DNA of 62,187 nucleotides from Microbacterium sp. Lineage in GTDB: Bacteria; Actinomycetota; Actinomycetes; Actinomycetales; Microbacteriaceae. The translations under genes were made by a program, and so were the position numbers. A model generated the notes under the pieces. It was not told where the DNA came from, did no database searches, and was given only the letters and a program-made list of their open reading frames with translations. The DNA lies in assembly GCA_050701935.1 (NCBI GenBank), contig JBOGEI010000001.1, positions 1-62,187 of the forward strand. Reading direction: 5' to 3'. Below, one piece after another: positions 46,170-60,655 of the stretch (positions are counted from its first letter, which is position 1; each line of letters opens with the position of its first letter).

Positions 46170-47690
46170 TCAGCGCTGACGCTTCTCGCGCACCCGCATG
46201 TTGATCACGATCGGCGTGCCGTCGAACGCATAGAGCTCGCGCAGACGGCGCTGGATGAACCGGCGGTACCCCGGGTCGAGGAACCCGGTGGTGAACAGCA
46301 CGAACGTCGGCGGACGCGTCGACGCCTGCGTGCCGAACAGGATGCGCGGCTGCTTCCCACCACGCAGCGGGTGCGGGTGCTCGGCGACGAGCTCTGCGAG
46401 GAACGCGTTGAACTTGCCCGTCGGAATACGCCGGTCCCAGTTCTCCAGCGCCGTCTCCAGCGCGGGCACGAGCTTGTCGAGGTGCCGACCGGTCTTCGCC
46501 GAGATGTTCACGCGCGGTGCCCAGGCGACGTGCGCCAGGTCCTGCTCGATCTCTCGCTCGAGGTAGCGACGACGTTCGGCGTTCTCGAGGTCTTCGTCGT
46601 TCAGACGGTCCCACTTGTTGAACGCCAGCACGAGCGCCCGTCCCGAATCCAGGACGAGGTCGATGATGCGCACGTCCTGCTCGCTGATCGACTCCGAGAC
46701 GTCCAGCACGACGACGGCGACTTCGGCCTTCTCGAGCGCGGCCGAGGTGCGGAGCGAGGCGTAGAAGTCCGCGCCCTGCGCCATGTGCACACGACGACGG
46801 ATCCCGGCGGTGTCGACCAGGCGCCACATCTTTCCGCCGAGCTCGACGACCTCATCGACCGGGTCGCGAGTGGTGCCGGCCAGGTCGTTGACGACCACGC
46901 GCTCTTCGCCGGCCGCCTTGTTCAGCAGCGACGACTTGCCCACGTTCGGACGGCCGAGGATCGCGACTCGGCGCGGTCCGCCGATCTCCTGCTTGGCGAC
47001 GGCCGAGACCTCGGGGAGCTTCTTCAGCACGGCGTCGAGCAGGTCGGCGACACCGCGTCCGTGGATGGCCGACACGGGGTGCGGTTCGCCCAGGCCCAAG
47101 CTCCACAGAGCCGCGATCTCCGGCTCCTGGCGGGCGTCATCGATCTTGTTGGCGACCAGGAACACCGGCTTGCCGCTCTTGCGAAGCAGCTTCACGACGT
47201 GCTCATCGGTCGAGGTCGCACCCACCATCGCGTCGACGACGAACAGCACCATGTCGGCGAGGTCGATCGCGATCTCAGCCTGCATCGCCACCGACCGGTC
47301 GATGCCGCGGGCGTCGGGCTCCCACCCACCGGTGTCGACGAGCGAGAAGCGACGGTCCGCCCACTCGGCCTTGTACGTCACGCGGTCACGCGTCACACCG
47401 GGTGTGTCCTCCACGACGGCCTCGCGGCGGCCGAGGATGCGGTTCACGAGCGCGGACTTGCCCACGTTCGGTCGTCCGACGATCGCGACGACCGGAAGGG
47501 CCGGGCTGAACAGGATGCCGTCTTCGCCCTGGGTGATACCGGCGAGAAGCGCTGCATCCTCGTCGTCCAGGTCGTAGTCGGCGAGCCCGGCGCGCAGGGT
47601 CTCCGCCCGCTGCTCGGCGAGATGCTCGTCGATCTGTTCCATCTTCTCGGCGAGCTGGTCGGGGCCGCCTTCGTATTCTTCGTCAGCCAC
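46170..47690 (-). CDS. der: Ribosome biogenesis GTPase Der
   Basis: Two GRPNVGKS G-domains, DTGG/DTAG, NKID/NKWD. Confidence 0.97.
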   Translation of the reverse strand: MADEEYEGGPDQLAEKMEQIDEHLAEQRAETLRAGLADYDLDDEDAALLAGITQGEDGILFSPALPVVAIVGRPNVGKSALVNRILGRREAVVEDTPGVTRDRVTYKAEWADRRFSLVDTGGWEPDARGIDRSVAMQAEIAIDLADMVLFVVDAMVGATSTDEHVVKLLRKSGKPVFLVANKIDDARQEPEIAALWSLGLGEPHPVSAIHGRGVADLLDAVLKKLPEVSAVAKQEIGGPRRVAILGRPNVGKSSLLNKAAGEERVVVNDLAGTTRDPVDEVVELGGKMWRLVDTAGIRRRVHMAQGADFYASLRTSAALEKAEVAVVVLDVSESISEQDVRIIDLVLDSGRALVLAFNKWDRLNDEDLENAERRRYLEREIEQDLAHVAWAPRVNISAKTGRHLDKLVPALETALENWDRRIPTGKFNAFLAELVAEHPHPLRGGKQPRILFGTQASTRPPTFVLFTTGFLDPGYRRFIQRRLRELYAFDGTPIVINMRVREKRQR

Positions 47691-48405
47691 GGTGTGCTCC
47701 TCGGAGTTGCTCGATCACCGTGAGTACGGCGTCGATGGTCTGGGGGAAATCGAGTTCCGTCGAATCGACGACCTCGACGCCATCTGCGGCGTTCAGGAAG
47801 TCGACGACGGCGCTGTCGGAGGCGTCGCGCTTGTGCAACGCCGCGGCGACAGCAGCCGCATTCTCGCCGGCGAGTTCGCCGGCACGTCGAGCGGCCCGTA
47901 CTTCGGGGGCCGCGGTGAGAAGGATCCGCACCGGGGCATCCGGTGCGACCACAGTCGTGATGTCGCGTCCTTCGACCACGACGGCGGGGTACGAGGACTC
48001 GGAGACGAGCTTGCGGAACAGCTCGTTCACCTGCGCACGCACCTCGGGGACCCGTGCGACACCGCTCACGGCTCCGGAGACCCGCGGATCGCGGATCGCC
48101 TCGGTGATGTCGGCATCGCCGACGAGCACCGTCCGGTCGTCGGGGTCGAGGCCTAACCGCACCGGGAAGTCGGATGCTGCGGCACGCACCGCCTCGGAGT
48201 CGTCGGTGTCGGCACCATGATCGAGCACATGCCACGCGAGTGCCCGATAGGCGGATCCGGTGTCGAGGTAGCCGAAGCCGAGTTTGCGCGCGACAGCCTT
48301 CGACACGCTCGACTTGCCGGAGCCTGCCGGCCCGTCGATCGCGATGAACTTCTCGGCGTCGGTCACGTGCGCCTCCGCGGCGGATGAGGTGGAGGTATCA
48401 GTCAT
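47683..48405 (-). CDS. cmk: Cytidylate kinase
   Basis: [29 protein letters not shown]. Confidence 0.95.
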   Translation of the reverse strand: MTDTSTSSAAEAHVTDAEKFIAIDGPAGSGKSSVSKAVARKLGFGYLDTGSAYRALAWHVLDHGADTDDSEAVRAAASDFPVRLGLDPDDRTVLVGDADITEAIRDPRVSGAVSGVARVPEVRAQVNELFRKLVSESSYPAVVVEGRDITTVVAPDAPVRILLTAAPEVRAARRAGELAGENAAAVAAALHKRDASDSAVVDFLNAADGVEVVDSTELDFPQTIDAVLTVIEQLRGAHRG

Positions 48406-49534
48406 TGGTGCTCCCTGCGATGCGCCAGCCGCGCTCCTGCAGTCCGGTGATCGCGCCGTGCAGCGCTGCCGGGTCGACGCTGATCTCGGCGAGGCCGAAC
48501 TGCGCACCGGGCGAGTGCTCGAGGCGGAGGTCTTCGACGTTGACGCCGAGCTCGCCGAGTTCGCCGAACAGGCGCCCGAGCTGACCGGCGGTGTCATCGA
48601 CCATGACGACGAGCGTCTCGAAGCGCTGGTTCTGCCCGTGCTTGCCGGGGAGACGCTCGACCCCGTCGTTGCCCTGGCGGATCGTCTCGGCGACGATACG
48701 ACGCGCACCGGGAGCCCCCGGCTCGCGCAGTGCGTCCGAGATCTCACCGAGGTCGGCTGCGAGCGCATCGAGGATCTCCACGACGGGCGCGGCGTTCGCC
48801 CCGAGGATCTGCACCCAGAGCTCGGGAGCGGATGCAGCGATGCGCGTCGTGTCGCGGACGCCTTGGCCGGCGAGCCGGAGCGCACCCTCCTCCGCTCCAG
48901 CCAGACGGCCGGCGAGCAGACTCGCGACGACCTGGGGCACGTGCGAGGTGAGGGCGACCGAGCGGTCGTGCTCCTCGGGAGTCATCTCGAGCGGCGTCGC
49001 ACCTACGTCGAGCGCGAGCGCTTCAACGAGGGCGAGATCGGCGGCCCTGGTGTCCTCGTCGCGGCAGACGACCCACGGCCTGCCGATGAAGAGGTCGGCG
49101 CGCGCTGAGATCGCACCACCGCGTTCGCGTCCGGCGAGCGGGTGGGAGCCGATGTAGCGGGTCAGGTCGACACCACGCTCCTGGAGCGCGCGGAACGGCT
49201 CGAGCTTCACACTCGCGACGTCGGTGACGACGGCCGCAGGGAACCGTTCGAGCTCGGCCTGGATGACGTCGGCGGTGACGTCGGGCGGCACAGCCACCAC
49301 GACCAACGACGGTGCGTCATCGTCAGCTGCGATCCGACCGGCACCGTAGTCGACCGCGAGGCGCAGCTGCGCGGGTGAGGCATCGGTCAGGGCGACGTCG
49401 ATCCCCTTCGCCCTGAGTGCATGCCCGATGCTCGCGCCGAGGAGTCCTGCACCGACGATGCGCACGGTGCCGGAGAGGCGCGGCGCGACGAAGCCAGCCC
49501 TCCGCGCCGTGGGCGCACTCGTCGTATCGGTCAT
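48398..49534 (-). CDS. tyrA: Prephenate dehydrogenase with ACT domain
   Basis: [25 protein letters not shown]...SHVPQ, RDTTRIA. Confidence 0.92.
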   Translation of the reverse strand: MTDTTSAPTARRAGFVAPRLSGTVRIVGAGLLGASIGHALRAKGIDVALTDASPAQLRLAVDYGAGRIAADDDAPSLVVVAVPPDVTADVIQAELERFPAAVVTDVASVKLEPFRALQERGVDLTRYIGSHPLAGRERGGAISARADLFIGRPWVVCRDEDTRAADLALVEALALDVGATPLEMTPEEHDRSVALTSHVPQVVASLLAGRLAGAEEGALRLAGQGVRDTTRIAASAPELWVQILGANAAPVVEILDALAADLGEISDALREPGAPGARRIVAETIRQGNDGVERLPGKHGQNQRFETLVVMVDDTAGQLGRLFGELGELGVNVEDLRLEHSPGAQFGLAEISVDPAALHGAITGLQERGWRIAGSTND

Positions 49535-50337
49535 TCTCTCTCCTGCTCGCCTGGCGCCTCGGCGACAGCGGAATCACGGCGCGACAGGGTCAAAAGCGCG
49601 CCAAGTTCGATTTTACTCAGTTCCCGCGTCTTCCCCGCCGGGAGGGTTCCCAGGTGGAGCGGGCCGAACTGCCGACGGACCAGTTCGGTGACGGGGTGAC
49701 CGACTGCGGCGAGCATCCGGCGCACGATGCGGTTGCGTCCCGAATGCAGAGTCAATTCGACCAGGCTCGTTCCACGAGAGGTATCGAGCAGCCGTGCCTT
49801 GTCTGCGACGATCAGGCCGTCTTCGAGCTCGATGCCCTTGGTGAGCTTCGAGATCGTCTGGGGCAGCACCGTGCCTTCGACCTTGGCGATGTACACCTTG
49901 GTCACCCCGAACGACGGGTGTGCGAGCACGTGGGCGAGTTCGCCGTCGTTGGTCAGGATGAGCAGTCCGCTGGTCTCGGCGTCGAGGCGTCCGACGTTGT
50001 ACAGGCGCTCTTCGTAGTCGGCCGTGAAACGACGGAGATCGGGGCGACCGCTCTCGTCCTTCATGCTGCTGACGACACCGGTGGGCTTGTTCAGCATCAC
50101 ATAGCGCTTCGAGACATCGAGCTGCACGGCGGTGCCGTCGACGTCGACGAGGTCGTTCTCCGGATCGATCCGCCTTCCGAGCTCTGACACCACGATGCCG
50201 TTGACGCGGATGCGCCCCTCGGTGATGTACTGCTCCACCACGCGGCGTGAAGCCACCCCGGCGGCGGCGAGCACCTTCTGGAGGCGCACGCCCTCGGGAG
50301 CTGCCTCGGAGTCTGTGGAGGCGTCGAAGCCGGTCAT
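49531..50337 (-). CDS. rluB: rRNA pseudouridine synthase (RluB-like)
   Basis: S4 domain RLQKVLAAAGVASRR, GRLD catalytic Asp, GRNRIVRR. Confidence 0.9.
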   Translation of the reverse strand: MTGFDASTDSEAAPEGVRLQKVLAAAGVASRRVVEQYITEGRIRVNGIVVSELGRRIDPENDLVDVDGTAVQLDVSKRYVMLNKPTGVVSSMKDESGRPDLRRFTADYEERLYNVGRLDAETSGLLILTNDGELAHVLAHPSFGVTKVYIAKVEGTVLPQTISKLTKGIELEDGLIVADKARLLDTSRGTSLVELTLHSGRNRIVRRMLAAVGHPVTELVRRQFGPLHLGTLPAGKTRELSKIELGALLTLSRRDSAVAEAPGEQERE

Positions 50338-50978
50338 CGGATGGTCCCTTCGTCGAAACCGTCTGCACCGTCATCGAGCAGAGGGGAGATCGGGGGCAGC
50401 TCGTCGAGCGAGTTGATGCCCAGGTGCTGCAGGAGCGCGTCGGACGTGCCGTAGTTGATCGCGCCGGTCTCGGAGTCCGCGAACAGCTCGGTGATCAGAC
50501 CGCGGGCGAGGAGGGTGCGAACCACCGAATCGACGTTCACTGCCCGGATGGAGGCGACCTGGCTGCGTGTCACCGGCTGCTTGTAGGCGATGACAGCCAG
50601 AGTCTCGAGCGCCGCCTGCGACAGGCGCGCCGGGGCCTGTCCGCCGACGAACGCCGCGACCACGGCATCGAGATCCTCACGGACGTACAGCCGCCACCCG
50701 CCGCCGACTTCTCGCAACTCGAAACCGCGACGCGGGCCTTCCCCGCGACCGTCGTAGTCCTCGACCAGGATCTCGAGAGTCTGGCGCACGGCAGGCACGG
50801 GCGAGTCGACAGCGGCAGCCAGTGCGATGAGCCCGATCGGTTCATCCACGATGAAGAGGATCGCCTCGATCCGCTCGGCGAGCGGGAGCTCCGTCGCCAG
50901 GTCTGCGGTCGCCCCATCGCTGGCGCTCTCATCGCGGAGAGAACCATCCATGGCGGTCTCCGTCAGGTCATCGGTCAT
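50334..50978 (-). CDS. scpB: SMC-Scp subunit ScpB
   Basis: LSQAALETLAVIAYKQPVTR, IRAVN. Confidence 0.93.
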   Translation of the reverse strand: MTDDLTETAMDGSLRDESASDGATADLATELPLAERIEAILFIVDEPIGLIALAAAVDSPVPAVRQTLEILVEDYDGRGEGPRRGFELREVGGGWRLYVREDLDAVVAAFVGGQAPARLSQAALETLAVIAYKQPVTRSQVASIRAVNVDSVVRTLLARGLITELFADSETGAINYGTSDALLQHLGINSLDELPPISPLLDDGADGFDEGTIR

Positions 50979-51808
50979 AGTCGGCCCCCAGGGTCGCCAG
51001 TGTCTCATCCGACCAGGAGTCGGCTGCCCAGCGGAGCGTGAGCTCGCCGAGCGGTTCCAGTTGTTCGAACGACAGCGCCGCGTGCCGGTAGAGCTCCAGC
51101 ACCGAGATGAATCGCGCGACGACGATGCCGGGCTCGGTCACCCCGGCGACGAGTTCGCGGAAGCTCACCGACTCGGTGCCGCGAAGCAGCGTCACGACGA
51201 TCGCTGCCTGCTCGCGGATGCTGACCAAAGGCGCGTGCAGGTGGTCGAGGCCGACGTGCGGGATCTCTTTGGGGGCGAAGGCCAGCAGCGCGAGAGCCGC
51301 GAAGTCGTCGGCACTCAGCGACCACACGAGTTCCGGTGTCTGACGTCGGTGCTTCTCCTCGAGACGGACGGCGCGCACATGCCGGCGATCCTCGCGCTGC
51401 AGGCAGCGGGCGAACCACGTCGAGACTTCTTTGAAGGCCCGGTACTGCAGCAGCCGCGCGAAGAGCAGATCACGTGCTTCGAGCAGCGCAACGGCTTCCG
51501 CATCCACCAGCTCGCCCTGCGGCAGGAGCCCGGCGACCTTCATGTCGAGCAGCGTCGCAGCGACCACCAGGAACTCGGATGCCTGGTCGAGCTCCTCCTC
51601 GTCGTCGAGCTCACGCAGGTAGGTGATGAACTCGTTGGTCACCGCGCTCAGCGAGACCTCGGTGATGTCCATCTCGTGCTTCGAGATGAGGTTCAGCAGC
51701 AGGTCGAACGGGCCGTCGAAGTTCGACAGTGAAACCCGGAATCCTGCATCGTCCGCGGGCGCCACATCGCCCACGCTCTCATCGAGCGATGCGTCGGCAG
51801 GTCCCTCG

Positions 51809-51825
<17 letters not shown>
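50968..51825 (-). CDS. scpA: Segregation/condensation protein ScpA
   Basis: FDGPFDLLLNLI, FLVVAATLLDMK. Confidence 0.93.
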
Positions 51826-52699
<874 letters not shown>

Positions 52700-52796
52700 C
52701 CGTTCTCCTGCTCCTTCGTGCTTGGTCGATTGTACCGGCCGGGCCCCCACTCAGCCGCCTCGGCACGCGGCAGAAGCCCTGCCGGGGCTGGCGGGG

Positions 52797-53699
52797 TCAC
52801 CGTGCACGAGGATGCGACGTCGCGTAGATGTCGCGAAGCGCGTCGACCGAGACGTGCGTGTAGATCTGGGTCGTGGCGACCGACGAGTGCCCCAGCAGCT
52901 CCTGCACGACGCGCACGTCCGCGCCGCCCTGCAGCAGGTGCGTCGCGAACGAATGCCGCAGGGTGTGCGGCGAGACGGCGGTGGTGATCTGCGCGCGCTC
53001 TGCAGCCTCGCGGATCACGAGCCAGGCGCTCTGCCGAGAAAGCGGTGCCCCTCTCGCTCCGAGGAACAGCCGAGCGGACGCCCGCCCTTTCGCCGCGAGC
53101 CCAGGACGCACACGAGTCAGGTAGGCATCCACGGCAGTGCGCGCATAGGAGCCGACCGGCACGATGCGCTCCTTCGACCCTTTGCCGCGGAGTCGCAGCA
53201 CCTCACCGTGTGCGAGATCGTCCACGTCGAGGTCGATCGCTTCGGACACCCGGGCGCCGGTGGCGTACAGCAGCTCCAGCAGGGCACGATCACGGATGCC
53301 GAGCGGCTCGTCAGCGGAGGGAGCGGCGAGCAGCCGTTCCACCTGATCGATGGTCAGCGCCTTGGGCAGCCGTCGCGGTGCCTTCGGCGGGCGGAGCCTG
53401 CCGCTCGGGTCATCGGTCTCGATGCCCTCGCGGGCGAGGAACCGATGCCATCCCCGTACGGAGGACTGCAGCCTCGCCAGGCTCGTCGATGCGGGGGGCG
53501 GCTCGGACGAGGCCCGTTCAGCGATGAAGCGGTCGATCACGGCCGGGGTGACCTCCGCGGTGTCGCTGATCCCCTGGATGACCAGCCACTCCCGGTATCC
53601 CCCGAGGTCACGCCGATATGCCGCGATCGTGTGGGCACTCAGCCCGCGCTCGACCGTGACATGACGCAGGTAGGCGTCGAGGGCGCGCTCGAGCAGCAT
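52797..53699 (-). CDS. xerD: Tyrosine recombinase XerD
   Basis: [29 protein letters not shown]...TTQIY; core synteny. Confidence 0.93.
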   Translation of the reverse strand: MLLERALDAYLRHVTVERGLSAHTIAAYRRDLGGYREWLVIQGISDTAEVTPAVIDRFIAERASSEPPPASTSLARLQSSVRGWHRFLAREGIETDDPSGRLRPPKAPRRLPKALTIDQVERLLAAPSADEPLGIRDRALLELLYATGARVSEAIDLDVDDLAHGEVLRLRGKGSKERIVPVGSYARTAVDAYLTRVRPGLAAKGRASARLFLGARGAPLSRQSAWLVIREAAERAQITTAVSPHTLRHSFATHLLQGGADVRVVQELLGHSSVATTQIYTHVSVDALRDIYATSHPRAR

Positions 53700-53701
53700 C
53701 C

Positions 53702-54275
53702 TCAGCCCCGAGCGCGCAGCCTCTGCGACGCCGCCAGGACGCCGATCGCGAGGATCCCGTTGCGCATGCGCCCCTCGAGCACCCCGGCGACGGCGTCGGC
53801 CAGTGGCACCCACTCGACGCGGATGTCGGCTTCTTCGTCTTCGCGGTCATGGGCGGTGCCGGCCGCCTCGACCCCGGTCGCGAGGAACACGTGGATGATC
53901 TCGTCGTTGCCTCCGGGAGTCGTCCATGACGAGATCAGCGGTTCCCAGTGAGCGGCGATCAGGTCTGCTTCTTCGGCGAGCTCACGACGTGCGGCTTCGA
54001 GTGGCTCCTCGCCCTCCACGTCGAGCAGGCCGGCCGGCAGCTCCCAGTCGCGGTGGCGGATCGGATGCCGGTACTGCTGGATGAGCAGCACGCGCCCGGC
54101 GTCGTCGAGCGCGACGATCGCCACCGCGCCGGTGTGGTCGACGTACTGCCGCACGATCTCGCCGTCGCCGTAGCGCACGCGGTCGGAGCGCACGTCCCAG
54201 ACCCTGCCCTCGTAGACGAGGTCGCTCTGGAGGACCTCCGGCTCGAAGGGCTCGTCGCGGAGGCCTTCCGCCAGC

Positions 54276-54283
<8 letters not shown>
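53702..54283 (-). CDS. ADP-ribose pyrophosphatase-type Nudix hydrolase
   Basis: [22 protein letters not shown]. Confidence 0.9.
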
Positions 54284-55976
<1,693 letters not shown>

Positions 55977-55990
55977 GGGCTTCGATCCTA

Positions 55991-57682
55991 TCAGGCGGTG
56001 GGGACGCGGAGGCTGAGAAGTTCACGGGCATGGGTCAGAGCGGCATCCGAATCGGTGAGTCCCGAGAGCAGACGAGCCATTTCGGCTTCGCGCTCCCCGC
56101 CCTCCAGACGCCGCACGCTCGAGGCTGTCACCGCGCCGTCGTTGGCTTTCACGACCGACAGGTGGTTGTTCGCGAACGCTGCGACCTGCGCGAGATGCGT
56201 GACCGCGATGACCTGCGACTTCTCTGCGAGTCGGGCGAGTCGCCGACCGACTTCGATGGCCGCGGCGCCGCCGATGCCCGCGTCCACTTCATCGAAGACG
56301 AACGTCGGTACGGGGTCTGTCGCAGCGATGACGACTTCGATCGCCAGCATGACCCGCGACAGCTCGCCACCCGAAGCTCCCTTGGAGACCGAACGCGGCT
56401 CGGCTCCAGGATGCGGGGCGAGGAGGATCGCGACGTCATCACGACCGTGCGCGCTCTCGGCCCCCTCGGAGACCGCGACTTCGAGACGCGCGTCCGGCAT
56501 CGCGAGCGCGTGCAGTTCTTCGGTCACGGCCTCGCCGAGGCGCGCGGCAGCATCTGTCCGCGCTGCGGTCAGAGCTTCCGCATGCGCGTCGAGCTCCGCC
56601 CTCGCAGCATCGCGTTCGGCGATGAGTCGTTCGATCCGATCGCCGTCGTCGTCGAGCTCGGCCAATCGAGCCGATCCTGTCTGCCAGAGGGCCAGAGCTT
56701 CGTCGAGAGAACCGTGTGCGCGGATCAGGGTGCCCAGAGCCGCTCGGCGCTCCTCGACCGCGGCGAGCTCATGAGGCCCCGTCTCGTCGAGGTCGGCGAG
56801 GTAGGCCGAGAGGAGCCCCGCGGTGTCGGCGATCCGGTATCCGATGTCGGCGAGGCTCTCGGCGATCTCGGTGAGCTTGGCATCGGAGGCTCGCTCGAGC
56901 ACACGACGCGCCTCCGCGACGAACGCCGAGGCATCGGGCTCCCCCTCCTCGCTGGAGAGCGCTCCATGCGCGAGGGATGCCGATAGTCGCAGCTCTTCCG
57001 CGTTCGCGAGACGTTCGGCACGCGCGGTGAGCTCCTGGTCTTCGCCCTGCTCCGGAGCGGTCGCCTCGATCAACGCGAGCGCCTCCCGGAGCCGGGAGGC
57101 CTCGTCGGCGCGACGGTCACGGTTCTCGGTGATCTCGGAGATCTCGCTGTCCAGGGCTCGCCATCGCGCGAACGCTGCGGCATACTTCTCGACGGCATCG
57201 ACGATCGGGGTACCACCGAAGCGATCGAGCGCATCCCGCTGGGCGGCGGCGGAGCGAAGACGAAGCTGCTCCGACTGGCCGTGCACGACCACGAGTTCTT
57301 CCGCGAGCGACGACAGCACACCGGCCGGTGCCGCGCGGCCGCCGACGCTCGCGCGGCTGCGGCCTTCTGCGTTCAGCGTGCGCGAGACGTAGAGCTCCGC
57401 GCGGCCTGCGCCGACCGGCTCCAGCTCACCGCCGGCATCTGCGACGATCTCGGCGACGCTCCCGCCTTCGGGGACGACCCATACCCCCGCCACCGATGCC
57501 TGGGCGGCGCCGGCACGCACGGCACCGGAGTCGGCACGCTGGCCCAGCAGGAGCCCGAGCCCGGTGACGACCATCGTCTTGCCCGCACCCGTCTCGCCGG
57601 TGATCGCGGTGAAACCCGGGCCCAGCGGCAGAACGGCATCGGCTATGACGCCGAGCCCCTGCATCCGCATCTCCTCGATCAC
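55991..57682 (-). CDS. recN: DNA repair protein RecN
   Basis: [31 protein letters not shown]. Confidence 0.96.
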   Translation of the reverse strand: MIEEMRMQGLGVIADAVLPLGPGFTAITGETGAGKTMVVTGLGLLLGQRADSGAVRAGAAQASVAGVWVVPEGGSVAEIVADAGGELEPVGAGRAELYVSRTLNAEGRSRASVGGRAAPAGVLSSLAEELVVVHGQSEQLRLRSAAAQRDALDRFGGTPIVDAVEKYAAAFARWRALDSEISEITENRDRRADEASRLREALALIEATAPEQGEDQELTARAERLANAEELRLSASLAHGALSSEEGEPDASAFVAEARRVLERASDAKLTEIAESLADIGYRIADTAGLLSAYLADLDETGPHELAAVEERRAALGTLIRAHGSLDEALALWQTGSARLAELDDDGDRIERLIAERDAARAELDAHAEALTAARTDAAARLGEAVTEELHALAMPDARLEVAVSEGAESAHGRDDVAILLAPHPGAEPRSVSKGASGGELSRVMLAIEVVIAATDPVPTFVFDEVDAGIGGAAAIEVGRRLARLAEKSQVIAVTHLAQVAAFANNHLSVVKANDGAVTASSVRRLEGGEREAEMARLLSGLTDSDAALTHARELLSLRVPTA

Positions 57683-58599
57683 GACAGCGCCCCCTGCGCC
57701 TGGCCGCGCCAGCCCTCGACGGGCAGCTGGAACTTGCGTACGAGCCGGTCGGTGAAGGCGGTGGGGTGCAGGCGGGCAAGGCGCACCGGTCGCGAAGACC
57801 TGCGGACCACGACGCGGGCGCCGGGAGGCAGGTCATGCGAGCGGCGACCGTCGCACCACAGGATGCCCGAACCGTCGGTGCGCTCGAGCATCTCGATCGC
57901 GACGGAGGCGTCGGGACTCACCACGAGCGGCTTGGCGAACAGTGCGTGCGCCGACAGCGGAACGACGGCGATCGCCTCGACGCTCGGCCAGATGACCGGT
58001 CCCCCGGCGGAGAAGTTGTAGGCGGTCGACCCGGTGGGGGTGGAGATAACCATCCCGTCGCAGCCGAAGCTGGAGAGAGGTCGCCCATCGATCTCGAGCA
58101 CCACCTCGATCATCCGCTCACGGCTGGCCTTCTCGACCGTTGCTTCGTTGAGCGCCCAGGTCTCATAGACGACGTCGCCTTCGGAGTCCTTGACCCGGAC
58201 GGAGAGCGCGAGCCGCTCCTCGACCTCGTAATCGCGGTCGATCACGCGGCGCACGGCCTTATCCATGTCATCGCGATCGATCTCGGCGAGGAAACCGACA
58301 TGGCCCATGTTGATGCCGAGCACGGGAGCACCGCTGTCACGCACGAGCTCCGCGGCGCGCAGGATCGTCCCGTCTCCGCCCAGCACGATCGCCAGCTCGA
58401 GGTCGGCGGGGTCGATGGAGACACCGAGCACGTCGGCATCTGCGAAGAACGGATCGACGGCCACGAGGGCCTCATGATCGTCGGCGGCGAGAACCGGACG
58501 TGCTCCCGCTTCCCGCAGGGCGTCGATCACCCGATGAGCGGCCTCGACGGTCTCCACACGGCCTGCGTGGGCGACGACCAGGATGCTGCGCTCGTTCAT
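57679..58599 (-). CDS. nadK: NAD kinase
   Basis: GGDGT, LNE, TPTGSTAY. Confidence 0.95.
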   Translation of the reverse strand: MNERSILVVAHAGRVETVEAAHRVIDALREAGARPVLAADDHEALVAVDPFFADADVLGVSIDPADLELAIVLGGDGTILRAAELVRDSGAPVLGINMGHVGFLAEIDRDDMDKAVRRVIDRDYEVEERLALSVRVKDSEGDVVYETWALNEATVEKASRERMIEVVLEIDGRPLSSFGCDGMVISTPTGSTAYNFSAGGPVIWPSVEAIAVVPLSAHALFAKPLVVSPDASVAIEMLERTDGSGILWCDGRRSHDLPPGARVVVRRSSRPVRLARLHPTAFTDRLVRKFQLPVEGWRGQAQGALS

Positions 58600-59393
58600 C
58601 GTCCTCCTGCCAGTCGGTTGATGCTGTCCAGCCATTCTGTCGGATTACTGCCTCGTCCCGGCGCCAGGTGCACCAGATACTCGGCATTGCCGTGGGTCCC
58701 GAGGATCGGGGAGGGAAGGATGCCGAGCATCCCGAGTCCCACGTCCCACGCGCTCCACACGGTGCGGGCCACTGCATCGGCACGCGTGGCGGGGTCGGTG
58801 ACCAGTCCCCCGCGTACGGCCGTGCGTCCGACTTCGAACTGCGGCTTCACGAGCAGCAGGACGTCGGACTCGGCCGTGCTGACGGCGGCGACAGCGGGCA
58901 GTACGAGTTCGAGGGAGATGAACGAGAGGTCGCCGACGACCAGATCGGGCGCTACGGCCTCCCCGGTCGCCTCTGCGAGGTTCTCACGGGTCATGTACCG
59001 CACGTTGAATCCTTCGACGGCGATGACCCCGGGGTCGGCAGCTATCGACGGTGCCAACTGTCCGTGTCCGACGTCTACGGCGAGCACCTTTCGTGCCTCG
59101 CGCTCGCGCAGCACCTGGGTGAAGCCGCCCGTGGACGCCCCCATGTCCAACGCGAGCCGACCGTGGACTGGGACACCGAAACCGTCGAGCCCCGCGATGA
59201 GCTTGTGGGCGGCCCGCCCGACGTAGTGGTCGGAACCGGCGATGGTGATCTCCGATGCATCGCCGACGGCGGTTGAGGCCTTCACGACCGGGCGGCCGTC
59301 GACACTCACGAGCCCCTCGGAGATGAGTGTGGCCGCGTGGCTACGCGAACGGGCGAGTCCTCGAGCGGCGAGGGCAGCGTCGAGTCGCGTCAT
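58596..59393 (-). CDS. tlyA: TlyA rRNA 2'-O-methyltransferase
   Basis: S4 domain, DMGASTGGFT, DVG, DLSFIS, LVKPQFE, GNAEY. Confidence 0.95.
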   Translation of the reverse strand: MTRLDAALAARGLARSRSHAATLISEGLVSVDGRPVVKASTAVGDASEITIAGSDHYVGRAAHKLIAGLDGFGVPVHGRLALDMGASTGGFTQVLREREARKVLAVDVGHGQLAPSIAADPGVIAVEGFNVRYMTRENLAEATGEAVAPDLVVGDLSFISLELVLPAVAAVSTAESDVLLLVKPQFEVGRTAVRGGLVTDPATRADAVARTVWSAWDVGLGMLGILPSPILGTHGNAEYLVHLAPGRGSNPTEWLDSINRLAGGR

Positions 59394-59566
59394 CGGGATC
59401 CCGAGGTCTCCCGCTGCTCGAGCTTCGAGCCGCTTTCGAGGCGCCGGGAGAGTTCGTCGTGAAGGGCCGAGTAGGCATCGGCGCGCGCCGGAAGCGGCTG
59501 TCCCTCGATCAGGCGCAGTCGGCTCCACAGACCGTCGGTCGGCGCGCTCGTCGTCTCTTCGCTCAC
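59390..59566 (-). CDS. Small hypothetical protein (58 aa)
   Basis: Helical ORF coupled to tlyA by ATGA; TACAGT-N6-GTG start. Confidence 0.65.
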   Translation of the reverse strand: MSEETTSAPTDGLWSRLRLIEGQPLPARADAYSALHDELSRRLESGSKLEQRETSGSR

Positions 59567-59617
59567 GTCTCTACTGTACGCGGCCCCTCCGACGCCGGAC
59601 GGAGCCACGCGAGGTGC

Positions 59618-60655
59618 TCAGGGCCGGTGGAAGGGATCGTCGTAGAGGCGTTCGGGGACACGCAGCACGAACACCGGAGTCCCGGAAGCCCAGATGGCGG
59701 CGGCTCCCGCGCGCAGCAGATCGACCTGTTCGCCCGACTCCGCCACGATCTCGACATCCGCCCCCGAGACCCGCACCGCCGCGCCGTTCACGTGGAACAC
59801 GCCGTCCTGCTCAGCGACCTCCGGGTACGGAAGATGCAGTTCGCGCAGATCGCCGAGAATGTACGTCGGACGCGAGCCTTCAGGCGCTGCCAGCACATGC
59901 TTCGGTCGGTCGATGCCGGTGAGGACCAGCACCGATTCGATCCCGACCCGGCTCGCGCCCATGATGTCGGTGTCGAGGCGGTCGCCGATGAAGAGCGCCT
60001 TCTTCGCACCGAACCGGACGAGCGCCTCTTCGAAGATCGGGGCCTCCGGCTTCCCGGCGACAGTGGCCAATCTGCCGATCGCGGTGTGCACCGCCGAGAC
60101 GAGCGTGCCGTTCCCCGGCGCGACACCACGCTCGCGAGGGATGGTCCAGTCCGTGTTCGTGGCGATCCACGGAATGCCGCCTTCGTCTTCCGGAAGCTTG
60201 AGAGCGAACGCGGCTTCGGCCAGATCCGTCCAGGCCACTTCCGGCGCGAAACCCTGCACCACTGCGCTCGGCGAGTCCTCCGCGCTGCGTGTGACCGTGT
60301 AACCGGCCTTCTGCACCTCGTCGACGAGACCGTCGCCGCCGATCACCAGGATGGTCGCCGGCGCCGGAACCATCCGCGCCATCAGTCGCATCGCTGCCTG
60401 TGGGCTTGTGACCACGTCGGATGCCTCGACCCGGAGCCCGAGACTGCTCAGGTGCTCGGCAACAGACGCATCCGTGCGCGCAGCATTGTTGGTGATGTAA
60501 CCGAGTCGAACCGACTTCGCGGCCTCGTTGAGGCTCTCCACCGCGAAAGGAAGGGCACCGGGACCCGCGTACACCACGCCATCGAGATCAGCGAGGATCG
60601 TGTCGATGCCGTCGAGGGGCGTACGCGGGGCTCGCTTCCGAGAAAACAGCGCCAC
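59618..60655 (-). CDS. HAD-IIA hydrolase (NagD-like)
   Basis: DLDGV, TNN, GKP, GDRLDTD. Confidence 0.92.
   Translation of the reverse strand: MALFSRKRAPRTPLDGIDTILADLDGVVYAGPGALPFAVESLNEAAKSVRLGYITNNAARTDASVAEHLSSLGLRVEASDVVTSPQAAMRLMARMVPAPATILVIGGDGLVDEVQKAGYTVTRSAEDSPSAVVQGFAPEVAWTDLAEAAFALKLPEDEGGIPWIATNTDWTIPRERGVAPGNGTLVSAVHTAIGRLATVAGKPEAPIFEEALVRFGAKKALFIGDRLDTDIMGASRVGIESVLVLTGIDRPKHVLAAPEGSRPTYILGDLRELHLPYPEVAEQDGVFHVNGAAVRVSGADVEIVAESGEQVDLLRAGAAAIWASGTPVFVLRVPERLYDDPFHRP

Noticed and set aside
52797..53699. Tyrosine recombinase as a phage or island integrase
   Set aside because: Its size, motifs and position in the pyrG-Nudix-xerD-parA-scpAB block identify housekeeping XerD
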